Source: an uncultured Christiangramia sp.
GTDB lineage: Bacteria > Bacteroidota > Bacteroidia > Flavobacteriales > Flavobacteriaceae
Direction: 5' to 3'
Length of the DNA stretch: 64,000 nucleotides
Assembly: GCA_964456105.1 (NCBI GenBank)
Contig: CAYWAB010000003.1
Coordinates: forward strand, 2,965 to 66,964
Below, one piece after another: positions 9,676 to 19,231 of the stretch. The notes below the pieces were generated by a model that was given only the letters and a program-made list of their open reading frames with translations, was not told the origin of the DNA and made no database searches. Numbering within the stretch: position 1 is the first letter of the stretch; each line of letters starts with the position of its first letter. The position numbers and the translations under genes are program-made.

Positions 9676-10413
9676 ATGAAGATTACACCAGACAGAACTG
9701 TTGCCGAAGTAGTGACAGAGAATATAAAAGCCTCTCATATTTTCAAGAAATATGGTATCGATTTTTGCTGCGGAGGAGGAATTAGTATAGAAAAGGCCTG
9801 CGAGAAAAAAGGAGTTGATTTTTCAGCGCTATCCCGGGATTTGAGCGAGATAGATACCTTGAATGAGTCGGAGACCGATTTCAATAAGATGGAACTCGAT
9901 GAACTGATAGATCATATCATCGAAAAGCACCATAAATATGTGAATGCAAATATTGGACTATTACTGCAATATTCGGTAAAGGTGGCAAAGGTGCACGGGA
10001 ATAATAATCCCGAACTTAAGAAAATCCATAGCCTTTTCGAGGAGGTAGCAGGAGAGCTTGCGGCCCATATGAAAAAGGAAGAAATGGTGCTTTTCCCATT
10101 CATCAACAAGATGGTGAGGGCAGACCGCGAGAACAAAGAGATGCACTTTCCGTATTTTACCACTGTTGCCAATCCCATTAAGATGATGGAGGAAGAACAT
10201 GAGTTTGCCGGCAATATCTTTAAGGAGATTGCTGAATTCAGCAATAATTATACTCCACCTTCCCACGCCTGCAATACCTACAGGGCACTATATGATAAAC
10301 TGGAGGAATTCGAAGCAGACCTTCATCAACATATACATTTAGAGAACAATATTCTTCACCCTAAGGCTTTGATTCTCGAAAAGAAGCTTAGGGAAGAATC
10401 TAAGGAAGTTTAG
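9676..10413 (+). CDS. ric: Di-iron iron-sulfur cluster repair protein (YtfE/ScdA)
   Basis: GIDFCCGG, HH, HMKKEE, EEEHE, HIHLENNIL. Confidence 0.96.
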   Translation: MKITPDRTVAEVVTENIKASHIFKKYGIDFCCGGGISIEKACEKKGVDFSALSRDLSEIDTLNESETDFNKMELDELIDHIIEKHHKYVNANIGLLLQYSVKVAKVHGNNNPELKKIHSLFEEVAGELAAHMKKEEMVLFPFINKMVRADRENKEMHFPYFTTVANPIKMMEEEHEFAGNIFKEIAEFSNNYTPPSHACNTYRALYDKLEEFEADLHQHIHLENNILHPKALILEKKLREESKEV

Positions 10414-10423
10414 TTGGGTTAAA

Positions 10424-10455
10424 GAAGCTGACGGGCCGAAAGGCCTGTCGGTTTC
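10424..10455 (+). terminator. Hairpin between convergent ric and rrf2
   Basis: GAAGCTGACGGGCC-GAAA-GGCCTGTCGGTTTC; the G-U pairs favour the + strand. Confidence 0.65.
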
Positions 10456-10882
10456 ATAGTTTTAAAAAGCTTTCGCCAGATTCCAGTTTTTTAGAAAGTT
10501 CTTCCAAAGTAGTATTTTCCAGCATTTCCTTGAGATCATTTCGAATATTAAGAAAATCGAAATGAACGGGGCATGGATGATCTTCGGAACATTTAGGAAG
10601 TCCCAGGGCGCAACCTTTATAAATGGAATCGCCATCTATGGCATCAACGATAGAAGAAAGGTAAATTTTCTTTTTCTGTGGAATGTAGAAACCTCCTTTT
10701 GGTCCTTTAGAGGATCCTATGAGATCTGCCTGGACAAGTTTCTGAAGTATTTTAGCAGTGAAAGCTTCTGGAGAATCAATGGCATCAGCAATATTCTTGA
10801 GACTGGTCTTTCTTTTTTGCTTGGACTCGGTCTTAATAAAAAGACTTGCTCTAATAGCATATTCACAGGCTTTTGAAAACAT
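10454..10882 (-). CDS. Rrf2-family regulator with three clustered Cys (NsrR/IscR-like)
   Basis: MFSKACEYAIRA, SSKGPKGGF, CALGLPKCSEDHPCPVH. Confidence 0.93.
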   Translation of the reverse strand: MFSKACEYAIRASLFIKTESKQKRKTSLKNIADAIDSPEAFTAKILQKLVQADLIGSSKGPKGGFYIPQKKKIYLSSIVDAIDGDSIYKGCALGLPKCSEDHPCPVHFDFLNIRNDLKEMLENTTLEELSKKLESGESFLKL

Positions 10883-10960
10883 TTGATAGCTTTAAGTAAA
10901 TATATAATTTCATAATAAAAAAACGATCCGTGCGAAGAGCAATTGATCCAAAATCCAAAG

Positions 10961-12169
10961 ATGGAAATTCTTAACAGACAAAGTCTTATTGCACTTGTTT
11001 ATTTTGTGGTCATTGCCCTTCTTGGTGTGACTTTAAGATTATTTGCTCATTTTGAGATCCCTGCTAATTACAGGTTTGTTGTACACACCCATTCCCATAT
11101 CGCATTACTAGGTTGGGTCTATACGGCTTTAATCAGCCTGCTTTACCTTATTTTCTTGAAGGAAAGACAGCTACTGAAAAAATACCGAATAATATTCTGG
11201 AGCACTCAAATTTGTATCATAGGAATGATGGTGACTTTCCCGTTTACGGGTTATGCTCTTTTTTCTATTACTTTTTCCAGTTTATTCTTATTTGCATCGT
11301 ATTGGTTCACATTTTTCTTTTTAAAAAATGCCAATTTTAAAAACTCACAGGCTTATAAATTGATCAGGATCTCACTGTGGTACATGGTAATCTCAAGTAT
11401 TGGCCCGTGGGCTCTTGGAATTATCATGAACACCGAAGGAAGTGGTTCTGCCTGGTACCGGAATGCTGTCTATTTTTATCTTCACTTTCAATATAATGGA
11501 TGGTTTATTGTGGCATTAGCAGGACTCTTCCTTTATGTGCTCAACCAGAAAGGCTTTGTTTTTTCTACCGCTAAGTTCAGGTATTTCTTCCTGCTCTTAA
11601 ATTCTGGTGTGATCTTAACCTTTTTTCTTTCCCTTCTTTGGATGAAACCTCATTGGAGCATTTATCTTCTGGCTCTCTTTGGAGGAATCGCGCAACTGGT
11701 CGCGTTCGCAATTCTTTTCAGAGAGATCTATAGCAGGGCATTTTCAAAATATAGTTCATTTTCTAAAGTTTTCAGACTAGCTATTGGCTTTGCAGGTATT
11801 TTTTTATTAGTTAAGTTAATTGCCCAGATTTTTGGTGCATTTCCCGCAATAGCGAATATTGTCTTTTTCAACATTGATTTTATAATAAGCTATATTCACT
11901 GGGTTTTCCTTGGAATAGTAAGCCTTTTGATCCTTGGTTTTCTTAATTATTTCAATCTTGTAAAACTATCTGGATTTAATATTTTCCTTTACCTGGCAGG
12001 ATTTTTACTCACCGAAGTTTTCATATTTCTAAGGGGTCTTGACGCTTTGGTTAATTACATCAATTTAGATCTTTCTTCAGCAATAACTTTAGCCAGTATA
12101 TTACTCTTTATTGCAGTTCTTGCTATTCTATTGGGAAATTTAAAAAGCAGCACTAAAGGGCAGGAATAG
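10961..12169 (+). CDS. Polytopic (~12 TM) His-containing membrane protein, possible heme-copper-oxidase/NnrS-like fold
   Basis: HTHSHIALLGW, YLHFQYNGWF and YIHWVFLG; ATG 10961 preferred over TTG 10943. Confidence 0.7.
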   Translation: MEILNRQSLIALVYFVVIALLGVTLRLFAHFEIPANYRFVVHTHSHIALLGWVYTALISLLYLIFLKERQLLKKYRIIFWSTQICIIGMMVTFPFTGYALFSITFSSLFLFASYWFTFFFLKNANFKNSQAYKLIRISLWYMVISSIGPWALGIIMNTEGSGSAWYRNAVYFYLHFQYNGWFIVALAGLFLYVLNQKGFVFSTAKFRYFFLLLNSGVILTFFLSLLWMKPHWSIYLLALFGGIAQLVAFAILFREIYSRAFSKYSSFSKVFRLAIGFAGIFLLVKLIAQIFGAFPAIANIVFFNIDFIISYIHWVFLGIVSLLILGFLNYFNLVKLSGFNIFLYLAGFLLTEVFIFLRGLDALVNYINLDLSSAITLASILLFIAVLAILLGNLKSSTKGQE

Positions 12170-12773
12170 CCTTACCTTTTTCTATATCCCTGGTAATCTC
12201 AATAAGCTCTTTGATGATAGATTTTCCTCGATCTTTATTGTACCATATTTGTAGCTGGATTTTGAATGCAGTATCTATTTTACCGAATTCTTGTTTATAG
12301 GCTTCAACCATTTTCGTTGCTTCAGCAGATCTTGGTCCCCAGTGAGCTATAACCTCCCTATTTTCATTAAGAATAATAAGTTTTGGGATAGACCTGCTGC
12401 CATTGGTTAAGAATTCGTCCATTAGTTCAGGGTTTTCATCCCTTAACACTATTCTGAGATCTATTTTATCTGAAGTTTCTGTGATCTTGTTTAATACAGG
12501 AATGGTTTGTGCCCCGTCTGCACACCAGGATTCAAGAATTACCAGCCATTTTTGTGGAGTGCTTATATTTTTGAAAAATTCTTTTTCCTCGTAGGAAAAT
12601 TCCAGGGTCTTGTTTATTCGTTTTATGCGATTGAAATTTAGTTTTGTGAAATTGATACGTTCACTGGTAGTTTCACCGGTCGTATCATCTTTCTTTACAA
12701 GCTTTTCTAAAAGTTCCATATATCCAGGATAACTGAATGAATTTTCAAGGCTTTTATTTATTATTTGTTTCAT
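12153..12773 (-). CDS. Thioredoxin-fold protein with a single active-site Cys (WCAD)
   Basis: LESWCADGAQ, NGSRSIPKLI, WGPR; start ATG 12773, 11 nt after the nosY stop. Confidence 0.88.
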   Translation of the reverse strand: MKQIINKSLENSFSYPGYMELLEKLVKKDDTTGETTSERINFTKLNFNRIKRINKTLEFSYEEKEFFKNISTPQKWLVILESWCADGAQTIPVLNKITETSDKIDLRIVLRDENPELMDEFLTNGSRSIPKLIILNENREVIAHWGPRSAEATKMVEAYKQEFGKIDTAFKIQLQIWYNKDRGKSIIKELIEITRDIEKGKAIPAL

Positions 12774-12784
12774 GATTATTGATT

Positions 12785-13567
12785 TTAAAAATCTTTTCGG
12801 TTTCCTATTCTTTTTATCATTAACACCGGAATGCTTACCCATAAAATCAGCATAAATGATGACAGGATCATGCCCTGGTTAGTTCCAAAGAATTTCTGAA
12901 ATACAGCACCGGTATATCCCAATAATGCAGAGATATCCATTTTTAAAAGGATCAGTACCCTGGATAGGTCTATTGGGTTAAGCATCGTTGCGGTAAGAGA
13001 GAATTTGTCAAGAGGGTAATCCTCAAAATAGACCAAAGACATTAAAAATATTCCGTCATAGATCACAGCCAGGAATAGCCAGAGCAAAATGGCATATCCA
13101 AAACCTTTGATCTTATTGTCATTTGTTAGGGCGATCACAAAGGCAAGTGCGGTAAAAATAAGAGTAAGCAGAGCTCCGGCAATCAGTAACAGAGCAAAAT
13201 TAGCAATGGCATCGCTGTTAAAGATGCCGTAAAAAATAAAGGGTAAGCCTAGACCTATAATCAAACTCATGGCCAGTGACAGTGCGACGCCAAAATACTG
13301 CCCAAGAAAAATAGAGCTCCTTCTTACGGGCTGTGCGAGCAATAACTCGGTGAACTCCTTGGAATTATAATAATACATCACCCCGAAAATGGTGCCGATA
13401 AGGGGCACTAAGATGATGATCACATTCATCAAAGTTATTACCGCTTTAGACAGATCGTTGTTCAAGAATAAAAGCGTGAGCCCCAATAAAAGGTAGAACA
13501 GGAAGTATACATAACTCCAGCGGCTTCGCATTAGGTCGTAGAAACTGTATTTTAATATCTTAAGCAT
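12785..13567 (-). CDS. nosY: ABC permease NosY
   Basis: Multi-TM protein with ELLLAQPVRR and NPIDLSRVL; nos context. Confidence 0.9.
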   Translation of the reverse strand: MLKILKYSFYDLMRSRWSYVYFLFYLLLGLTLLFLNNDLSKAVITLMNVIIILVPLIGTIFGVMYYYNSKEFTELLLAQPVRRSSIFLGQYFGVALSLAMSLIIGLGLPFIFYGIFNSDAIANFALLLIAGALLTLIFTALAFVIALTNDNKIKGFGYAILLWLFLAVIYDGIFLMSLVYFEDYPLDKFSLTATMLNPIDLSRVLILLKMDISALLGYTGAVFQKFFGTNQGMILSSFMLILWVSIPVLMIKRIGNRKDF

Positions 13568-14270
13568 AACTTGTGGTTAAAATTGATGCGATGGCATGTT
13601 CAAAATCAGGCTGCTCCGTTTCCGTTTTCAGTTCCGGGATACTTCCCTGGAAATAGATCTTTCCTTCCAGTAAAAAGACAATCTCATCGGCAATCTCCTC
13701 TACAAAGCTCATAATGTGGGATGTGATAAGAATCGTTTTTCCTTTTGCTTTTTCTTCTGCAATAAGTTGTTTTAATCTTAAATGAGAGATTGGGTCGAGC
13801 CCGGTGGTAGGTTCGTCCAGTATTATTAGTGGACTATCGAACATGAACGTAAGCAGAAGGTTTACCTTCTGTTTGGTTCCGCCGGAGAGATTTCCCAGTT
13901 TTTTGTTGAGAAAAGGCTGAAGCTTGAAGATTTCGATAAGTCGTTCATCTTCCGCTTTTTTATTGGACCTAAGGTCTTTTATCATGCCAATAAGTTCCTG
14001 AACGCTAAGGTTAGATGGAAAATTTGCTATCTGTGGTAGATAATCAATTTCATTACGGTATTTCCAGTTCCTTTTAACGGGCTTCCCGCTTATTTGAATA
14101 ACTCCTGAATTCGGGACTACCATTCCAAGAATACTTTTTATCAGGGTAGTTTTTCCCGAACCATTAGGTCCAAGAATGGCAAAGATACCTCCCTGGTCTA
14201 TATCGAGGTCTACACCCTTAAGGACAAGGTTCTTTCCGAATTTTTTATGAAGGTTCTCTATACTAATCAT
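13560..14270 (-). CDS. nosF: ABC ATPase NosF
   Basis: GPNGSGKT, LSGGTKQ, LDEPTTGLD; nos context. Confidence 0.92.
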   Translation of the reverse strand: MISIENLHKKFGKNLVLKGVDLDIDQGGIFAILGPNGSGKTTLIKSILGMVVPNSGVIQISGKPVKRNWKYRNEIDYLPQIANFPSNLSVQELIGMIKDLRSNKKAEDERLIEIFKLQPFLNKKLGNLSGGTKQKVNLLLTFMFDSPLIILDEPTTGLDPISHLRLKQLIAEEKAKGKTILITSHIMSFVEEIADEIVFLLEGKIYFQGSIPELKTETEQPDFEHAIASILTTSYA

Positions 14271-15504
14271 GGGAAACAGGTTTAAGTAGTGGATTTTTAT
14301 CCATTAAGTTATCCGGTGTAAAAACAGGAGATACTTTTTCTGAAAAATCTATGATATCAATAAAAAGGCTTCTCAGCAGGATGATGGTTTCGGGGGTACG
14401 GTTTACTATATAAGAGAATAATTTTACCGGCCTGTACGGTACATCTCCAATCCCGTTTCTATCGAGATCGTAACCGGTATAGCTGCTCCAGAAATTATGG
14501 TCAAAAAGGTTATCGTTCAGTTTACTGTTATATGATATATCAAAGGAGTTATTCAAAAAATTGTTCTTTCGAAAAATATTGGAATAACAGGCGCCTCTCA
14601 CTTTAACTGCCCAGCCATTATTCCTGAAATCATTATCAGTATAATTTATGCGGTTGGAGCCTTCAATGTTTATTCCAACCGTATTCTCAATGAACTTATT
14701 ATTGGTGATCTCAGAATCGTTGATCTCCTTCAACAATAAGCCGAAAGAAGCCGTTCCCCAGTTCTTTCTGAAGACATTGCCCTTCATGGTTATGAACTTT
14801 GAAAACATTACGGCTACCCCTGCGCCATTATTCTCGAAGACATTATTTTCATAGGTGTCATTATTGGAAAACATGAAATGCAATCCGTACCTGAGGTTAT
14901 CCTGGCTTAAATTATTTTTTATAAGGACATCGTCTGAAAATTCAAGATAAATACCATCCCTTACATTCCTGATACGGTTATCTATAACTTCGATATTATT
15001 ACAATACCATAGCTGAATTCCGTTTCCGGAGCTGAATTCTTCTACAGCGTCACCAGTAACGGTATTATGCATTATTTTTCCATTCTTCGATTTTTCCAGA
15101 TATATCCCAAAAAAGGGTTTTTCTATGGTAAGGTTCGAAATTATGAAATCCTCACTTTTAACTACTCTTACAGCGGCAAACTCGGTGGTATAGCTTGTGC
15201 CTATATTGCGAAGAATAAGTCCTTTCACCTGAACATGGTTTGCCTGGATGGTAATTATTTCTCCCTTATCTTCGGCATCGATTACAGGCTGATTGACTCC
15301 TATAATGCTTAATGGTTTCGTGATCTCTATACCATATTCTTTATAAATACCTTTTTGTACAAGTACCGTATCCTTTGGATTGGCAGATTTAACCGCACTT
15401 TTAATGCTTTTGAATTTGCAGGTGGAACAAACTTCAATGGTATTTCCCCAACTATCAAAGGAAAGGAAACTCAGAAATAGCAATATGTAGACGGCTCTTT
15501 TCAA
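14263..15504 (-). CDS. nosD: Nitrous oxide reductase maturation protein NosD
   Basis: Beta-helix repeats, RDGIY, RYGLHFMFS, NFWSSYTGYDLDRNGIGDVPY. Confidence 0.95.
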   Translation of the reverse strand: MKRAVYILLFLSFLSFDSWGNTIEVCSTCKFKSIKSAVKSANPKDTVLVQKGIYKEYGIEITKPLSIIGVNQPVIDAEDKGEIITIQANHVQVKGLILRNIGTSYTTEFAAVRVVKSEDFIISNLTIEKPFFGIYLEKSKNGKIMHNTVTGDAVEEFSSGNGIQLWYCNNIEVIDNRIRNVRDGIYLEFSDDVLIKNNLSQDNLRYGLHFMFSNNDTYENNVFENNGAGVAVMFSKFITMKGNVFRKNWGTASFGLLLKEINDSEITNNKFIENTVGINIEGSNRINYTDNDFRNNGWAVKVRGACYSNIFRKNNFLNNSFDISYNSKLNDNLFDHNFWSSYTGYDLDRNGIGDVPYRPVKLFSYIVNRTPETIILLRSLFIDIIDFSEKVSPVFTPDNLMDKNPLLKPVSHD

Positions 15505-15932
15505 TTTTTAATGATGTAAGGTTGAATCCCGTCCCATTTAAAAAGCTGTCCTCCATATTCCGATTGCATCTGGCTTGCCGAATCATCTACGGCAAAGGCT
15601 GACAGGTTTGCTCCCATAGGACTTTTGATCTGGTCACTTATTAAATATGTTGCTTCGGTAGCCTTGATCAGTTTACCGGGGTTGCTATAATCATTTACCA
15701 GTTCCAGTTCAAACTCCTTGTCTGTATTCTCATTCTTAAAATTGATCATACATTCTATCGCATCGAACTTATATACTTTGCCCTTATTGGTTACGAGCTC
15801 AGAAGCATGTTGTTTATCAACTATCGTCATATTACAGAATACACATCCTTCCTCTCCGTAGCGAATAGGCTCCGGAGTCACTTCACAGGCTGTAAAAACC
15901 AGCAATAGTATTAACGTTATAAAGCGCCACAT
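15501..15932 (-). CDS. nosL: Copper chaperone lipoprotein NosL
   Basis: Lipobox FTAC, CVFCNM, FDAIECM, SPMGANL; start ATG 15932. Confidence 0.93.
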   Translation of the reverse strand: MWRFITLILLLVFTACEVTPEPIRYGEEGCVFCNMTIVDKQHASELVTNKGKVYKFDAIECMINFKNENTDKEFELELVNDYSNPGKLIKATEATYLISDQIKSPMGANLSAFAVDDSASQMQSEYGGQLFKWDGIQPYIIKN

Positions 15933-15936
15933 GATT

Positions 15937-16551
15937 TTAATAATTAGTTTTCGATTCTTTTTTACCAATGAAGAAGGCTACCAGGGTTAGAGCCATGCCA
16001 GCGAACATGAGATAAGCACCTGTATGGGGCCAGGAATTTACATCAAAATTCAGCATCTTCTGATGGCCCAGCAATGGTGGTTTATAGGTCATTGGAGTTC
16101 CATCCGGATGCGTCATTTTCATGATCGCGTTAGAATCCAGATCGGTTCCATATTCAATAAGCCACTGATTAAAATCATACATTCCAAGTACTCCCAGAAT
16201 TGTCATTATAATGAGCCATCCCAGGAACCAGTGGTAGCTTATTTTGCCAAAAAAACCAAGGATTCCAATGATCACCCCTAAGGCTGCCATTCCGCCTATT
16301 ACCATTGGGAATACTTCAAATTCCCACATTTCCTCTGGTTTAGGGATCTTCTTCATTCCAATATAGTGGTTCAGTCCATCGATATTCTGAATATCGAATT
16401 CGTGGACTCCTTCAATTCCTGTGATATGGATGTTCATTCCCATAGGATCAGGATATTGTGGTGCTCCGAGCATTATGTTCCATAATGGGAACTTGAATAG
16501 GCCCAGTAGCAATAAGGAGCCGACGATCATTATTATACCTGCTTTTTTCAT
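15937..16551 (-). CDS. Clade II nos membrane protein (NosB-like)
   Basis: APQYP, IDGLNHYIGM, YKPPLLG, 4 TM; sits between nosZ and nosL. Confidence 0.8.
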   Translation of the reverse strand: MKKAGIIMIVGSLLLLGLFKFPLWNIMLGAPQYPDPMGMNIHITGIEGVHEFDIQNIDGLNHYIGMKKIPKPEEMWEFEVFPMVIGGMAALGVIIGILGFFGKISYHWFLGWLIIMTILGVLGMYDFNQWLIEYGTDLDSNAIMKMTHPDGTPMTYKPPLLGHQKMLNFDVNSWPHTGAYLMFAGMALTLVAFFIGKKESKTNY

Positions 16552-16571
16552 AATTGATATCTTTTAAAGGC

Positions 16572-16633
16572 AAGGCGGGAGTATCAACCAACTCCCGCCT
16601 TTGTGGGAAAGAAGACCAAGCTCTTTCTTTCCC
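16572..16633 (-). promoter_or_regulatory. Tandem stem-loops directly after nosZ
   Basis: GGGAAAGAAGA/TCTTTCTTTCCC (16605-16633) and perfect AAGGCGGGAGT/ACTCCCGCCTT (16572-16601); no long U-run. Confidence 0.7.
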
Positions 16634-16647
16634 TAACTAACTAAACA

Positions 16648-18612
16648 TCAATCTTCACCTAGAGACCAGCTAAGGTCAATATTGGAGTCTTTTGGGGATA
16701 CCCTAATATAACCCTGCATTTCCTGGTGTAAGGCAGAACAGAAATCTGTACAGTAGAATGGCCATACGCCGACTTGCTTAGGCTCCCAGGTTAGGGTCTT
16801 GGTTTGTCCAGGCATTATAAGTAATTCGGCATTGTTTGCTCCAATCATGGCAAATCCGTGAGGTACATCAAAATCCTGTTCGTGGTTGGTGATATGGAAA
16901 TAAACTTTGTCACCTACTTTGATTCCTTCAATATTATCCGGGGTAAAATGACTTCTAATCATGGTCATATAAACATGTACTTCATTTCCATTTCTTTCCA
17001 CTCTGGCATCTCCGTTAGAAAGAGTGGCATATTTATGCTTGTTTTCATCGAGTTTATAGATCTTCTGAGAATTATCTTTGATGATCTCAGCTGGAATTCC
17101 AGCCGCGTAATGGGGTTCTCCATGGGTTGGGAAGTCAAGTAAAAGTTCCATTTTTTCCCCTGAAATATCGAACAGCTGTGCAGAGTGTTCTAATTCTGGA
17201 CCAGTTGGCAGATAACGGTCTTTAGTGATCTTATTCATAGAAACTGCATACTTGCCAAATGGATGTGCCGAGTTACCTCCCGGGATCATTACGTGTCCTA
17301 CAGAATAGTAATTAGGTTGACGATCCAGCACCTCGCGAGTTTCAACATTCCATTTCACCAATTCCGAGGATATAAAGAAAGTGGTATAAGCATTTCCTTT
17401 TCCGTCAAATTCGGTATGAAGTGGACCTAAACCGGCCTGTTTTACAGTTCCTGCCAATACATCCTCGAAATTTAGGATCGGAATACCGTAAGCATCTCCA
17501 TCAAATTTTTCGTTTTCAATGGCATCTATCATTTTAGTAAAGGAGTGAACCGTTAAATCTGCAGAGAGTTTTCCGTTCCCAATAATATATTCTCCAGAAG
17601 GATCTACATCGCAACCATGGGGAGACTTAGGAGTAGGAAGTAAAAAGACAGCACCCGGAACCTCGGTAGGATCTACTGTTAAAACTTCTTTTTTCATCGT
17701 GGAAGTAGCAGTGTGAGTCTCGTGATCATATACATTGTGGGCGTAGTTTGCCGGCATCATTGTACCACCGCCATTATTCACATATTCTTCTATCTTTTTC
17801 CAGTTGACAGCCGCGATAAAGTCCTTATCGTTCTGGGAAGCGTTCACTTCAAGCAAGGTATTTGCTTCTTCGGTATTATAAGTAGTAAAGAAGAACCATC
17901 CATGTGATTTTCCACGTCCAGGATGTGATAGGTCATAATCGAATCCAGGCATGATAAGCTGGAACTTTATATTCATACGACCGGTTTCAGGAGCTACACT
18001 AATAAAAGACAGTGCTCCTTTAAATTTACCCTTGTATTCGTTTATAGGCATATCCTGCTGGGGAACGGGTACAGAAAATCTTGTTCCTGCCACCACATAT
18101 TCAGTATTCTCGGTAACAAAGGAGGAACTATGGTTCCCTGCTGAATTTGGAACTTCGATGATCTCGGTAGTTTCAAAGGTCTTTAGATCTATTTTAGCGA
18201 TCCTTGGAGTATTGTTCCCATTTATGAATATCCATCTACCATCAAGTTTTCCATCTGTTTGGGAAATATCAGGATGGTGGGAATCATCCCATGGGATAAA
18301 ACCATGAGAAGTATTTAGCATAGGTTTTGTTTCTTCAGAATACCCATATCCGCTTGTAGGAAATTGAGAAAAAACAGGAATCTCCTTGAACATTCTTCCT
18401 GATGGTAAACCGTAAACTGTCAGGTTACCACTATATCCACCAGAAATGAATGCGTAATAATCGTCATGTTCTCCCGGGGCCACATATGTTTTTTCAGCGG
18501 CACTTGAAGCCAGGGCTCCCCGATCTCCATTTTTTGAATTTTCACTGTTGTTACAGCTAAAAAAGCTGGCTGTTAATAACAGCGAGAATATGTATAGAAT
18601 TGAATTTTTCAT
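16648..18612 (-). CDS. nosZ: Clade II (Sec-dependent, lipoprotein) nitrous-oxide reductase
   Basis: Lipobox FFSC and no twin-Arg; CuZ His motifs DSHH, GNH, PHG, PLH, EPH; CuA motif HGF...CTDFCSALHQEM. Confidence 0.97.
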   Translation of the reverse strand: MKNSILYIFSLLLTASFFSCNNSENSKNGDRGALASSAAEKTYVAPGEHDDYYAFISGGYSGNLTVYGLPSGRMFKEIPVFSQFPTSGYGYSEETKPMLNTSHGFIPWDDSHHPDISQTDGKLDGRWIFINGNNTPRIAKIDLKTFETTEIIEVPNSAGNHSSSFVTENTEYVVAGTRFSVPVPQQDMPINEYKGKFKGALSFISVAPETGRMNIKFQLIMPGFDYDLSHPGRGKSHGWFFFTTYNTEEANTLLEVNASQNDKDFIAAVNWKKIEEYVNNGGGTMMPANYAHNVYDHETHTATSTMKKEVLTVDPTEVPGAVFLLPTPKSPHGCDVDPSGEYIIGNGKLSADLTVHSFTKMIDAIENEKFDGDAYGIPILNFEDVLAGTVKQAGLGPLHTEFDGKGNAYTTFFISSELVKWNVETREVLDRQPNYYSVGHVMIPGGNSAHPFGKYAVSMNKITKDRYLPTGPELEHSAQLFDISGEKMELLLDFPTHGEPHYAAGIPAEIIKDNSQKIYKLDENKHKYATLSNGDARVERNGNEVHVYMTMIRSHFTPDNIEGIKVGDKVYFHITNHEQDFDVPHGFAMIGANNAELLIMPGQTKTLTWEPKQVGVWPFYCTDFCSALHQEMQGYIRVSPKDSNIDLSWSLGED

Positions 18613-18634
18613 GATTTATGAATTTTTTGTTTTA

Positions 18635-19204
18635 TTAACTTTCTGGAATAATTACTTTATCTACCACGTGTACAATACCGTTTCCTGCAGGTATGCTGGC
18701 AATTATTTTGGCTCCCCCAACGTACACATCTTCACCTTCTACTACCACTGGAATATTTAGGTCACTGGCCTGGCCAAGTTTTTTGAATTTCTTAAGAAAC
18801 TCTTTATCATACTTGCCGGGGGTTACATGATGTTTAAGGATGAAGGCGAGTTTTGATTTGTTTTCTGGTTTTAAAAGATCTTCCACAGTACCTTCTGGTA
18901 ATGCATCAAAAGCTTCGTTTGTAGGTGCAAAAACCATCAGTGGTCCTGCATTTACCAAAACGTTTTCCAGTTCTGCAGCCTGAACTGCTGCTACCAGAGT
19001 AGTGTGGTCTTCTGAACCTATGGCTATGTCGAGAACAGTAGGCTGGGAAAGGTCATCTTTGATAAAGGCCTGGCCCTGTCTTTCCTGAGTCATGTCTTCG
19101 CTTACAGCCTCAGAATTCTCAGGTTCTTCCGCCTCATTGGTCCGGCAGGAAGAGATACCTGCTATAAGAACCAGGAGGAAAAGGATTTTTAAAATAGATT
19201 TCAT
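18635..19204 (-). CDS. Fasciclin domain lipoprotein within the nos operon
   Basis: Lipobox ISSC, VFAPTNEAF, NGIVHVVDKVI. Confidence 0.92.
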   Translation of the reverse strand: MKSILKILFLLVLIAGISSCRTNEAEEPENSEAVSEDMTQERQGQAFIKDDLSQPTVLDIAIGSEDHTTLVAAVQAAELENVLVNAGPLMVFAPTNEAFDALPEGTVEDLLKPENKSKLAFILKHHVTPGKYDKEFLKKFKKLGQASDLNIPVVVEGEDVYVGGAKIIASIPAGNGIVHVVDKVIIPES

Positions 19205-19231
19205 ATTAGTCGATTTTTGGTTGTTTAGAAT

